A program made the position numbers and the translations under genes. The notes beneath the pieces were generated by a model. That model saw only the letters and a program-made list of their open reading frames with translations, searched no databases and was not told the origin of the DNA. From Pseudomonadales bacterium (GTDB lineage Bacteria; Pseudomonadota; Gammaproteobacteria; Pseudomonadales; JANQJO01): a stretch of DNA of 64,000 nt. Shown piece after piece: positions 1 through 10,525 of the stretch (the stretch's first letter is position 1; each line of letters starts with the position of its first letter). The stretch covers positions 20,711 through 84,710 of the forward strand of contig JANQJO010000114.1 in assembly GCA_028281605.1 (NCBI GenBank), given 5' to 3'.

Positions 1-1
1 C

Positions 2-220
2 CTACAACGAGTAGCGACAAAAAAAATGTTAAGGGACTGGGAAAAACGCTTCCCTGGACGGATACAAAGCATGTTCCATGCGCTACAGAACGTTAAACCC
101 AGCCATCTACTGGATCGCACACTGTATGATTTTACCGATCTAGCCAACTCTCAAAAGACAGCTCAAAAGACAGCTCAAGCAAAATCTAAAAAAATGCCTG
201 TGCTTAATCTTACTGAATAA
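2..220 (+). CDS. 3' end of an ORF open to the window edge; function unknown
   Basis: The frame of the 26..220 ORF has no stop between nt 2 and 25, so the true start may lie upstream of the window. K/Q/T-rich tail with tandem QKTAQKTAQ. Directly precedes kdsB on the same strand. No motif recognised. Confidence 0.3.
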   Translation, partial: LQRVATKKMLRDWEKRFPGRIQSMFHALQNVKPSHLLDRTLYDFTDLANSQKTAQKTAQAKSKKMPVLNLTE

Positions 221-234
221 TTAAAGGACATCTT

Positions 235-1077
235 ATGTCTCAGTGGAACACATGTAAAACACTCATCGTAATCCCTGCACGTTTTCACTCACAGAGGTTT
301 CCAGGCAAACCTTTAGTGTCTATTGCAGGCAAATCGATGTTAGAACGTGTCCACAAAATCGCAGTCACAGCAAGCAGTGGGTTTAAAAACACCCAAGTAG
401 TGATTGCCACAGAAGATCATCGAATTGTTAAACATGCGCAAAGTTTCGGTGCCACAGCCATACTCACCCCTACAGACTGTGCCACAGGCTCAGACCGCGC
501 ACTGAGTGCTTGTCACCAACTAAAAGTACGCCCCAATGCAATCGTTAATCTGCAAGGCGATGCTCCTCTAACCCCACCCAGTTACATTCGCGCTCTACTC
601 TCAATGCTTTCAACGCTCTCAACACCTCACCACACAGAAACAGTCGTCACCCCCGCCGTTCAATTGTCTTGGTCAGCTTTAGAAGAGTTTAGGCAATTTA
701 AGCAACACTCACCTTTTAGTGGCACCACAGTGGTAATCAATCAGGCCCATGAAGCTTTATGGTTTTCTAAAGGCATCATACCTGCAATTCGTCACGAAAA
801 CAGCCTGCGCCAATCCCAAGATTTATCCCCTATATACCGTCACATTGGCTTATATGGCTATACACTTAAGGCGCTAGAACGTTTCGTTGCTCTACCTAAA
901 TCTCATTATGAGCAATTAGAAGGCCTAGAGCAATTACGCTTGTTAGAAAACGGTATACCTCTAAAAGTTGTCAAAGTAGAACCGAGCCGCTATCCCAATT
1001 TATCTGGAGTTGATACACCAAACGATGCTCAAGTTGCAGAACAAATGATACTGACATATGGTGAGCAAGCCTCATGA
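235..1077 (+). CDS. kdsB: 3-deoxy-manno-octulosonate cytidylyltransferase (CMP-KDO synthetase)
   Basis: N-terminal nucleotidyltransferase block IVIPARFHSQRFPGKPL, plus NLQGDAPL and IGLYGY blocks typical of KdsB. Stop overlaps the next start (ATGA). Confidence 0.8.
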   Translation: MSQWNTCKTLIVIPARFHSQRFPGKPLVSIAGKSMLERVHKIAVTASSGFKNTQVVIATEDHRIVKHAQSFGATAILTPTDCATGSDRALSACHQLKVRPNAIVNLQGDAPLTPPSYIRALLSMLSTLSTPHHTETVVTPAVQLSWSALEEFRQFKQHSPFSGTTVVINQAHEALWFSKGIIPAIRHENSLRQSQDLSPIYRHIGLYGYTLKALERFVALPKSHYEQLEGLEQLRLLENGIPLKVVKVEPSRYPNLSGVDTPNDAQVAEQMILTYGEQAS

Positions 1078-1691
1078 CTTATTTATTGATTGCTCGTCAC
1101 GGTAACACTTTCGATAAAGGTGAGTCCACTAGGCGCATCGGCAAAAGAACAAATCTACCTTTATCCAACAGTGGCAAAACTCAAGCTCAAGCGCTAGGTC
1201 AATATTTACAACAACATCACCCAACACTTACGGCCGTCTACACCAGCACCCTACAACGCACACAACAAACCGCCCACATTGCTTTAGCGTCGCTACCTGC
1301 ACCTCCTGATGTAAAAATACTGGAACAATTTGATGAAATTGATTATGGCATTGACGAAGGCAAACTCGAAACAGAAGTCCTAAAACGGCTGGGTCAAGAA
1401 GCCTTGAGTCGTTGGAATGAAAACGCAGAACCCCCTGATGGCTGGAAAGTCAATCCACAACAACTGATTCAACAATGGCAAGACTTTGCTGATCAAAGCC
1501 GGCATAACTTTCCAGAAGGAACTGTTTTAGTCGTTACAAGCAATGGTGTCGCCCGTTTTGCACCTCATATTTTACCGGATTACAAAACTTTTCAGTCTGC
1601 GCATCCTCTCAAACTTGCTACAGGTGCTATAGCCTGTTTTCATTACCAACAACGAAAATGGCATTGTAAAACCTGGAATCAATCATGTTAG
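1074..1691 (+). CDS. histidine phosphatase (phosphoglycerate-mutase-like) family protein
   Basis: RHG catalytic motif at the N-terminus (LLIARHGNT). About 200 aa. Translationally coupled to kdsB. Confidence 0.65.
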   Translation: MTYLLIARHGNTFDKGESTRRIGKRTNLPLSNSGKTQAQALGQYLQQHHPTLTAVYTSTLQRTQQTAHIALASLPAPPDVKILEQFDEIDYGIDEGKLETEVLKRLGQEALSRWNENAEPPDGWKVNPQQLIQQWQDFADQSRHNFPEGTVLVVTSNGVARFAPHILPDYKTFQSAHPLKLATGAIACFHYQQRKWHCKTWNQSC

Positions 1692-1729
1692 CACACCGAA
1701 ATCAAAGTTCAGATAAGGAAAACAGGAAA

Positions 1730-2134
1730 ATGAGTAAGCGTATCAACATCAGGTTTAATCATCTATGTGAAGGCGGCATGGAATGTGTGGGACTGGGTAC
1801 ATTTCGCTGCTTAGGTAAAAAGGGCGTCAGGTACCCCAAAGACCTTACAATAAATCCTGCCCTCCCAAATATTAAGCGCCACCCTTACTTTAGCCAGGAA
1901 TATGTATGCGATTATCCCGGTATTGGGCAGATTAGTGTACCTTGTCGAATGAATTATTCTATTTTAATTTGGGGGCAGCGCGGTATATATATTCATGAAT
2001 GGCCAGGAAGAGCTACCTACATAGGGAATGGAGGACCAACGGCAGGTTGTATTCACGTTGAAATGGGTGATGCCAAAAAAATCTACGAATGGGTTGATTC
2101 AAAAACCAGAATCGTAGTCAGTTATCCTTGGTAA
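1730..2134 (+). CDS. L,D-transpeptidase (YkuD) catalytic-domain-like protein without a signal peptide
   Basis: C-terminal block GIYIHEW...GGPTAGCIHVEMGDAKKIYEWV resembles the YkuD His...Gly-Cys active site. Start moved to ATG 1730, which follows AGGAAAACAGGAAA. The track start at 1685 would overlap the previous gene. Confidence 0.45.
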   Translation: MSKRINIRFNHLCEGGMECVGLGTFRCLGKKGVRYPKDLTINPALPNIKRHPYFSQEYVCDYPGIGQISVPCRMNYSILIWGQRGIYIHEWPGRATYIGNGGPTAGCIHVEMGDAKKIYEWVDSKTRIVVSYPW

Positions 2135-2177
2135 TTGATTTTAATTGAAAAACACCTGTTCTATAGGAGCTAATCAA

Positions 2178-2696
2178 ATGCTTACATCTAAGTCTTTCAT
2201 GGGTAAAACAATACTTATTTTGGTTGCTATCGCTGCTCTCAATGGGTGCGCAACCACAAAAAACACTAACATTGAAAATCATATAGGCTTATACGAAGTT
2301 GTAAAGTCAGAATGCGAAGTCGCACCAGGGAGTTTAGATCCATGTAAAAACACACTCTTCTTTGAGATATTAAGAGGACAATTTATAGGGGTTAAAGACG
2401 ATGACTTTGCCTATGTTTTTTGGAGCGGTGATCCAAAAATAGATTCTGAACTCCAATATACGTCTCATGTAATACGAAATTACGATTTAAAAAGTATAAA
2501 TAAAAATAGATTTTTTTTAGTTAATGATACTGAGTCTCAAGAATACCTAGAATTCTCTGATGACAAGCTAGTTGGGTACTATGTTACATACAGCGCTGGA
2601 GATGAATATAAACGTCGCGCTATTCACTATAAGCTCAAACCTGTTCGACGTGGTAATTTACCGTTTGTTCGACTGAATTATCCTGGGAATAAATAA
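2178..2696 (+). CDS. hypothetical lipoprotein
   Basis: Signal peptide plus lipobox (ILILVAIAALNG|C). ATG 2178 is preceded by GGAG 8 nt upstream. No other motif recognised. Confidence 0.55.
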   Translation: MLTSKSFMGKTILILVAIAALNGCATTKNTNIENHIGLYEVVKSECEVAPGSLDPCKNTLFFEILRGQFIGVKDDDFAYVFWSGDPKIDSELQYTSHVIRNYDLKSINKNRFFLVNDTESQEYLEFSDDKLVGYYVTYSAGDEYKRRAIHYKLKPVRRGNLPFVRLNYPGNK

Positions 2697-2845
2697 TGCT
2701 TTTGCTGCTTAGTAAATCGGTGTGCAAGGTCAAGGTGCGTGCTAACAAGTTTATCAAAAACAGCGGTCAATTTGACGATAAAAACCTAGATGTAGTAGTA
2801 AAATAAGGCCCTGTACATCTATACCACATTAGCTATTTTAATGTG

Positions 2846-3523
2846 TTAATTCACATTACTACGCATTGCATGCGACAAACCTTGTATCAAGTCATTAACA
2901 GCTTGGTGCTTAATTTTCATAGCCGCTTTATTGACTATCAATCTAGAAGTTACCTTCATAATCAACTCTGTCGGTTGCAACCCATTGGCTCTGAGTGTAT
3001 TGCCAGTATCAACAACATCCACAATTTTATCGGCCAAATCTACCAAAGGAGCTAATTCCATCGAACCGTAGAGCTTAATAATATCAACCTGCGCGCCCTT
3101 TTCAGCAAAATAACGATTGGTGATATCAACATATTTTGTCGCAATGCGTAAATTTCTAGAATGTGCTTGATAATTTATTGGCTCAGCCACCATCAACTTA
3201 CAAGCAGCAATCCCCAAATCTAATACTTCGTATAAAAAACGCCCTCCATGCTCCATCAGCACATCTTTACCCGTGACCCCAACATCAGCCGCCCCTTGCT
3301 CAACAAAAGTCGGGACATCTTGAGCCCTTAAAATCAACACCTGAACATCGGCTAAATTGGTCGGTAAAATTAACTTACGTGAGCTCTTCACAGGCTCCAA
3401 TAAGGTGATCCCTGCCGAGGATAACAAGGGCAAAGTTTCTTCCAGAATACGCCCCTTAGACAAAGCAATGGTGAGCTTCACGTCATCTCTACCTTTAACA
3501 AATGTGTCTACTACACCCATCAT
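2846..3523 (-). CDS. hisG: ATP phosphoribosyltransferase, short form
   Basis: [19 protein letters not shown]-terminal block, [10 protein letters not shown], and [18 protein letters not shown] PRPP loop ([15 protein letters not shown]). Length fits short HisG. Exact start uncertain. Confidence 0.85.
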   Translation of the reverse strand: MMGVVDTFVKGRDDVKLTIALSKGRILEETLPLLSSAGITLLEPVKSSRKLILPTNLADVQVLILRAQDVPTFVEQGAADVGVTGKDVLMEHGGRFLYEVLDLGIAACKLMVAEPINYQAHSRNLRIATKYVDITNRYFAEKGAQVDIIKLYGSMELAPLVDLADKIVDVVDTGNTLRANGLQPTELIMKVTSRLIVNKAAMKIKHQAVNDLIQGLSHAMRSNVN

Positions 3524-3560
3524 CTGTGCTCCAAAGCAAAGGTCAGAGCCAAATGGCTGG

Positions 3561-4850
<1,290 letters not shown>

Positions 4851-4898
4851 TTAACTGCTATTTAAAAAACTCATTAGTCAGAACACATCAAAAAAGCA

Positions 4899-5159
4899 CT
4901 AAGGTGTGTAAAACGGCTTTTCTTTACGCCACTGATCCGCGGTGAAAGTTTTCATAGAAATCGCGTGCAGCTCTCCTGTCTGAATATACTCTTTCAAACA
5001 GGCATACACCCTTTGCTGTCTTTTTACAGGAGTTAAGCCTTCAAACACATCACTGACAACCACAATTTCATAACTATTGCCTTGAGCTTCAACTAAGACA
5101 AGCTCAGGATCTGGAGAAAAACGCTCATATATAATTTGCTTAACAAGCTCAATATCCAT
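4899..5159 (-). CDS. ibaG: BolA-family protein (IbaG/YrbA type)
   Basis: 86 aa. BolA-like FEGLTPVKRQQRVYACL...HAISMKTFT. Sits in the conserved position between mlaC and murA. Confidence 0.75.
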   Translation of the reverse strand: MDIELVKQIIYERFSPDPELVLVEAQGNSYEIVVVSDVFEGLTPVKRQQRVYACLKEYIQTGELHAISMKTFTADQWRKEKPFYTP

Positions 5160-5167
5160 AACGCCCC

Positions 5168-5914
5168 CTACAAATCAATTGCTTTTGAGTTCCACTCTTC
5201 TATAACCTTATCAATATCTCCCTTATGCGCTCGTAAGGATTCCTTGAACTGATTCCTAAACGTTAAACCCAAATTGATGCCATTGACGACAAGATTCTCT
5301 AGCTTCCATGCACCCTCTTGGGTTTTGTACATAGCATATGTCATCGGATACACTTTGCCCTCATCCGAACGAATTTCCATATCTACCTTAGCTCGCTCTC
5401 GCTTACCTTTTGCATTAACTCCTTTAAATGGCAGCAAAACCACTTTTTGATCCGAATAAGATGCTAGCACTAAAGCATAAGTACCCACCAAACTATGCTT
5501 AAATACTTTTGCAAAACGCTCTCTCTGCTCTGGATTGGCATATTTATAATGACTGGCCATCACCCTCTTAGCAATGAGATCAAAATCAACAATAGGGCCT
5601 ACCTCACTATCAACCAAATTATGCACAGTCTTAACTTCAGCTGTTTCATTTTTTCGTAGGGCTTTAGCTGCCTCTAATTGAGCTAAGACCCGCTCCAACA
5701 CTTGCTCAACAATGACATAAGGCTCTCTCATTTGTTGCTCTTGCTGCTCAACAGGAGCCAAAGGCGTATCCCCTACTGTGCTCATAACGGGCTTAGACGC
5801 TGCTGATAAAGCTGCCTGAGCATGCAGGCCATTATTAGCAGTGCCATCAGCAACAGTGATACCACTTTGCATAGCATATACAAGGACTAACAGATTCATA
5901 AAACGCTTCACCAT
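5168..5914 (-). CDS. mlaC: phospholipid-binding periplasmic protein MlaC (Ttg2D family)
   Basis: Tol-tolerance/MlaC-like core (VDFDLIAKRVMASHYKYANPEQRERFAKVFKHSLVGTYA). Start moved to ATG 5912-5914 (MVKRFMNLLVLVYA signal peptide), preceded by GGGGGA. Confidence 0.7.
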   Translation of the reverse strand: MVKRFMNLLVLVYAMQSGITVADGTANNGLHAQAALSAASKPVMSTVGDTPLAPVEQQEQQMREPYVIVEQVLERVLAQLEAAKALRKNETAEVKTVHNLVDSEVGPIVDFDLIAKRVMASHYKYANPEQRERFAKVFKHSLVGTYALVLASYSDQKVVLLPFKGVNAKGKRERAKVDMEIRSDEGKVYPMTYAMYKTQEGAWKLENLVVNGINLGLTFRNQFKESLRAHKGDIDKVIEEWNSKAIDL

Positions 5915-6061
5915 AAAATCCCCCAGATCTCTCCAAAATTGCCTGGATTTTACACTAGAATGGCCTAAGTTGCAGATAAAAGTTCTTAAATAACAGCGGG
6001 AATACAATACAAAGTAGCCCTAACCAGGAAAACAGAGAATAATAAACAAACACTAGCTTAT

Positions 6062-6943
6062 TTAATAATGAGTCAAATCAATCTGTTGACCATTATATTT
6101 CAAAGTCACAGAGCTATAATCAGATAGAGTAACTGAGAATGGTGGACGCCCCCCCAAAGAAACCGTAGCACCTGCAGGGTGTGACTGTCGATGTGAAACA
6201 GATCCAGAATTATCTAAAACCTGAACATAAGTAGACTCAAGAAAATACAGCTCTATCTGTGCCTCAGTGTCAACAGCAGAAGTTCCAATTAACAGGGTAC
6301 GTCCTTGATTGATCAATGTAACAACAGGTTTAATCAAATCATCAGAGACCCCTCCGTCACCATCACCCAACAAGCGCTCTTGAATTTGAGTACTAAGCGG
6401 ATCGACTGACCCAACAGTAGGCACAGACTCTGATCCTTGCGACAAAGCACCTAACCATGAAAGAACATAAGGCCATCCAATAAGGGCAGCTACCACCAGT
6501 GTCAAACCAAATACTGCCACTTTATGCCCTAGATAGGATCGCGATTTAGTACGTGAGTACCTCTTAAACTCCTCCACACAAGCCTCTTCCTCAATAGAAG
6601 AAGATACTGCAACATCCATATAGATATTAATTAATACATCTGAAGACAACCCTAAGAACTTACAATAAGCACGAATATAACCCTTAATGAACGTGGGCCC
6701 AGGCAGTTTTTCGTAACAGTCTTCCTCCAAGGCTTTGACATAACCCTGGTGTAAAAACAATTTATCCGCAACCTGCTGGCGGCTCAAACCTGCTCGCTCA
6801 CGTGCTTGTTTTAAACGCTGGCCTACTGACAACGGAAACTGGGTCACATTGCCATCTTCCCCTGCTTGAGGCGGCGCCACTAAAGCTGGCTTATGTTTCT
6901 TATTCACACACACTCTCATATTAAAAATTGACTTACAATTCAT
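6062..6943 (-). CDS. rodZ: cytoskeleton protein RodZ-like (XRE HTH plus single TM)
   Basis: HTH segment VGQRLKQARERAGLSRQQVADKL, then FIKGYIRAY, one TM helix (VAVFGLTLVVAALIGWPYVL) and a beta-rich C-terminus. Conserved rlmN-pilW-rodZ order. Confidence 0.65.
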   Translation of the reverse strand: MNCKSIFNMRVCVNKKHKPALVAPPQAGEDGNVTQFPLSVGQRLKQARERAGLSRQQVADKLFLHQGYVKALEEDCYEKLPGPTFIKGYIRAYCKFLGLSSDVLINIYMDVAVSSSIEEEACVEEFKRYSRTKSRSYLGHKVAVFGLTLVVAALIGWPYVLSWLGALSQGSESVPTVGSVDPLSTQIQERLLGDGDGGVSDDLIKPVVTLINQGRTLLIGTSAVDTEAQIELYFLESTYVQVLDNSGSVSHRQSHPAGATVSLGGRPPFSVTLSDYSSVTLKYNGQQIDLTHY

Positions 6944-7035
6944 GGCTCTAGTTCATAGAAGCCCTAGGCCTAATCGGAACCCTAACACAATCTTAGCACT
7001 TAAAAAGTGATCAAAAACACATTATTCGTAGCTAT

Positions 7036-7797
7036 TTATGGCTTTATAGTTTCAGTATAGAGCTGATATTCCTCTGAGTCAGGGTACAAGTTTCGCAAAG
7101 CTAACTCATAACTGGCTAAGGCATCACGATTACCCAAAGTTCTCTGCAACCTGATCCCTAACCACAAGCTACGTGCTGAATGACGGGTTAGATGACCAAA
7201 ACGCTCCAAGTATCTATTGGCTTCTTTATAATCTCCACGTTCAAAGTATAAATCAGCTAGCTCCAAGTGAGCACGAAAAGCCTCAGTATTAAAACGCAAC
7301 ACACGTTGAAAAGAAGATTCAGCTTTTTCTAAGTCCCCCAGCTTTAAAGCACAACGACCAATGTTTTCTAACACCACATCTCTTTTCTCATAAGTGGGAT
7401 CTTTCAGTGCTTTTTCCAATTGATATAAAGCATCTTTATAACGCGCCTGTCCATACAAAAAAGAAGCATAGTTATTACGAACCTGCGCATTCTTAGGGTC
7501 ATAGCGCACAGCTAGCTTGAAGTGCTTTTCCTCAAGCTTGGTATCGGAAGTGCGCCGATACAGCAGCGCCAAGGCATTATGAGCTTCTGCTGATTTAGGA
7601 TCAATTTTAAGCGCTTTATTCGCGTGACGAAAGGCACTGTCAATTTTACCAGCCTTGATGTATTCAATGGTTGCAGCAATCGAGGTTTGCAGAGACTTTT
7701 CACGATCGGCCTTTTTTGCCAATGGGTTCGTAGTTTCAGTAATACAAGAGGCCAACAAAACTGTCAGCAAAACCACACAAATATTTTTTTTTATCAT
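7036..7797 (-). CDS. pilW: TPR lipoprotein, type IV pilus biogenesis/stability protein PilW(PilF)-like
   Basis: Restart at ATG 7795-7797 gives MIKKNICVVLLTVLLAS|C (lipobox). Multiple TPR-like repeats. Position between rlmN and rodZ. The track start at 7905 would overlap rlmN. Confidence 0.6.
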   Translation of the reverse strand: MIKKNICVVLLTVLLASCITETTNPLAKKADREKSLQTSIAATIEYIKAGKIDSAFRHANKALKIDPKSAEAHNALALLYRRTSDTKLEEKHFKLAVRYDPKNAQVRNNYASFLYGQARYKDALYQLEKALKDPTYEKRDVVLENIGRCALKLGDLEKAESSFQRVLRFNTEAFRAHLELADLYFERGDYKEANRYLERFGHLTRHSARSLWLGIRLQRTLGNRDALASYELALRNLYPDSEEYQLYTETIKP

Positions 7798-7868
7798 GCC
7801 ATAGTGCCCTAGCGCCATTGTATTACTCATGATCATTTTCCTAAAATCTACACCCATCAATCTTAACC

Positions 7869-8984
7869 TTAGACCAATGTCTGCACTGGAATTTGCGCTT
7901 GCCATTGGGCTTGTCTGCGCGTTCTATCAACGACCTGTCCCACTAATTGACCACAAGCGGCATCGATGTCATCTCCACGAGTTTTTCTAACCGAAGCAAA
8001 CAACCCTGCTCCCAACAAAATTTTCTGAAAGCGCTCAACTTGTGCTGGCCGTGAACGACGATAAGGCGCATGTGGAAAAGGATTGAAAGGAATCAGATTG
8101 ACCTTACATGGCACCCCTTGCAACAATGTAACCAGTTGACGGGCTTGCTGAGCCGTATCATTCACTCCCTCCAACATAACATATTCCATCGTAATACGCT
8201 TACGCTCGCTGTAGCAAGCCAAATAATTACGACAAGATGCCATCAAAGATTTCAAAGGGTATTTTGCATTAACAGGCACCAGCTGGGTTCTCAATGCATC
8301 ATCAGGTGCATGCAGAGAAATAGCCAAACTAAGATCTACCGTCTCAGCCAAACGATCAATGGCCGGCACAATACCGGACGTGCTAATCGTAACACGACGC
8401 TTAGACAGACCATAGCCCAAGTCATCTAGCATCACCTGAGCGGCCTTAACCACGGCTTCAAAGTTTAACAAAGGCTCTCCCATCCCCATAAAAACAACAT
8501 TGGTAATGGGACGCTGACCTAAGTTATCCAACGGACCAAAAGATTGCTGCGCTACAAAAACCTGAGCAATAATTTCTGCAACGCTCAAGTCTCGCTGAAA
8601 GCCTTGTTTACCTGTTGAACAGAAACGACAATCCAAAGCACAACCAACTTGCGAAGACACACATAGAGTTCCCCGCTTACCATCTGGAATAAATACGGTC
8701 TCAATTGCATTAGCCGCATCAAGCTTAAGCACCCATTTGCGAGTGCCATCTTGCGAGAAATGCTGCAAAGCAATTTCAGGGGTTTGTACACATGCAACTT
8801 CAGCCAAGCGCACTCTTAAAGCCTTACTGAGATCTGTCATATAAGCAAAGTCCACCACACCATGATGGTGAATCCATTTCATCACTTGATGAGCTCGATA
8901 GGAGTGCTCACCCAAACTTTCAAAAAAAGCCTGCATCTCGGCCCGGGTTAAAGCCAACAAGTTGGTTTTTTTAGGCTCATTCAT
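7869..8984 (-). CDS. rlmN: 23S rRNA/tRNA m2A methyltransferase, radical SAM
   Basis: Radical-[14 protein letters not shown] (CxxxCxxC), GMGEPLLN, and C-terminal DIDAACGQL. Confidence 0.9.
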   Translation of the reverse strand: MNEPKKTNLLALTRAEMQAFFESLGEHSYRAHQVMKWIHHHGVVDFAYMTDLSKALRVRLAEVACVQTPEIALQHFSQDGTRKWVLKLDAANAIETVFIPDGKRGTLCVSSQVGCALDCRFCSTGKQGFQRDLSVAEIIAQVFVAQQSFGPLDNLGQRPITNVVFMGMGEPLLNFEAVVKAAQVMLDDLGYGLSKRRVTISTSGIVPAIDRLAETVDLSLAISLHAPDDALRTQLVPVNAKYPLKSLMASCRNYLACYSERKRITMEYVMLEGVNDTAQQARQLVTLLQGVPCKVNLIPFNPFPHAPYRRSRPAQVERFQKILLGAGLFASVRKTRGDDIDAACGQLVGQVVDRTRRQAQWQAQIPVQTLV

Positions 8985-9008
8985 GTGTGTTAAATTTTAA
9001 AGCCTTGT

Positions 9009-9440
9009 TCAGCGCAAACGAAAACACAAGTCTTTTTTGCTGAAAAAATAATCTATTTCTCTGGCAGCCGATTCCACAGAATCGGAACCATGAACAGCAT
9101 TCTCATCAATAGTGTGTGCAAAATCAGCTCTAATGGTGCCAGGGGCCGCTTCTTGTGGATTAGTCGCCCCCATTAGGTCTCTATTTAGCTTTACAGCATT
9201 CTCACCCTCCAAGACCATTACCATAACAGGGCCGGAGGTCATAAAGTTAACCAAATCTGCAAAAAAAGGTCGCTCACGGTGTTCAGCATAAAAACCACCA
9301 GCTTTGTCTTCATCTAACTGCAACAGTTGTGCAGCGATGAGGGTCAATTCGGCTTTCTCAAATCGACTAATGATGTCTCCGATAGCGTTTTTTGCAACGG
9401 CATCAGGCTTAATAATGGAGAGTGTACGTTCAAGTGTCAT
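9009..9440 (-). CDS. ndk: nucleoside diphosphate kinase
   Basis: [19 protein letters not shown], and NAVHGSDS with the active-site His. Confidence 0.95.
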   Translation of the reverse strand: MTLERTLSIIKPDAVAKNAIGDIISRFEKAELTLIAAQLLQLDEDKAGGFYAEHRERPFFADLVNFMTSGPVMVMVLEGENAVKLNRDLMGATNPQEAAPGTIRADFAHTIDENAVHGSDSVESAAREIDYFFSKKDLCFRLR

Positions 9441-9547
9441 AATTTTATTATCCTACAAATTTAAAATTCATAATCTTCAATAGATCACGCAGCATTCAAA
9501 TAAGGCTTTATCAAAATCCGGTGAAATAATTAGAAAGTCCATTATAG

Positions 9548-9889
9548 TCAGTATTCGACCAGAGTCCTACCATTTTTATCACTCATAATAACTTCATAAT
9601 CCTTGCCACCATAAAAAACAGTCAGGATTGTTACCGTACGGTTTTCTTCATCCACCTCAAAAGCTGCCACTGCATTTTTGTCAATTGCAGTCACTCTTAA
9701 GTTCTTTCGCAAATCATCACGCTTATGCCCTCTCATTGGGGCTATTGCAAGCTTGTGGCACTTACCTCGCAACTTTTCTATATAAGTCCAAGCTACTTCC
9801 GGCAGACCACTTTTATCAGAAATATATTCATAAATACCCTGAAGATCACTGATAGCATCTGGAGTTAAAGATACGTCATAAACCTTCAT
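9548..9889 (-). CDS. type II toxin, RelE/ParE family
   Basis: 113 aa. ParE-like N-terminus (TPDAISDLQGIYEYI) and C-terminal TILTVFYGGKDYE. Overlaps the upstream antitoxin gene by 14 nt. Confidence 0.7.
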   Translation of the reverse strand: MKVYDVSLTPDAISDLQGIYEYISDKSGLPEVAWTYIEKLRGKCHKLAIAPMRGHKRDDLRKNLRVTAIDKNAVAAFEVDEENRTVTILTVFYGGKDYEVIMSDKNGRTLVEY

Positions 9890-10172
9890 TTTTTTCCATA
9901 TTCATGCGTTGTTGATGTAGTTGCTCTATTTGATCGAAGGCATCATCTATTGGTACAGTCTGACCGCTGTTGGCTGATTGTTCCAAACGCTTTTGAATCA
10001 GGGCAATTCGGGCCTGGTATTCTTCTTCATTTCTTTGCCACAAACGCATAGCTTCACGAATAACTTCGCTGGTAGAACCATACACACCGGATTGTACTTT
10101 GTCTTTAATCGAAGCCAGCATATCAGGCGGTAATGTAATGCTTATTTTTTCTGCTTTATCAGTCTGTTCCAC
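9876..10172 (-). CDS. type II antitoxin, ParD/CopG ribbon-helix-helix family
   Basis: 98 aa. ISITLPPDMLASIKDKVQSGVYGSTSEVIREAMRLWQ is a typical ParD (RHH) N-terminus. Upstream of and overlapping the toxin gene. Confidence 0.7.
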   Translation of the reverse strand: MEQTDKAEKISITLPPDMLASIKDKVQSGVYGSTSEVIREAMRLWQRNEEEYQARIALIQKRLEQSANSGQTVPIDDAFDQIEQLHQQRMNMEKNEGL

Positions 10173-10201
10173 ATCTTAATCCTCGTTATATTTACCAGAT
10201 T

Positions 10202-10238
10202 ATACAGAATGGTAGGATTTTATCCTACTCAATTGTAT
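10202..10238. promoter_or_regulatory. nested palindrome upstream of parD, candidate autoregulatory operator
   Basis: ATACAgaatgGTAGGATtttATCCTACtcaatTGTAT. Inner arms of 7 bp and outer arms of 5 bp are both perfect. Lies 30-66 nt upstream of the parD start at 10172. Confidence 0.4.
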
Positions 10239-10525
10239 GCCTGAAACTCTTAAATTTCATCAAAAATCTTGGTAGCGCTGCCGACACTTAATGACTTATG
10301 CTTAATATTCATCAACCCATCAACGTATTAGAATATTGCATACCTGTCTTTTTTTCATGACCTGCATGTTTATATTTATACTGACCAGGAGGTGAGGTAA
10401 AGCTAGATCATGCTAGCTCAAAGAAAACATTGTCAATTTTGTTAAAAATTGTTACAGTTGGAAGCCATTATAGTCAATATCTCACTTTGCACAAGCAATA
10501 ACCTACAGATCAGAGAGCCAACACT

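Noticed and set aside
150-180. Tandem 12-nt repeat CTCAAAAGACAG x2 (+ partial)
   Set aside because: This is a trivial in-frame duplication (QKTAQKTAQ) inside a low-complexity C-terminal tail. Nothing suggests function.
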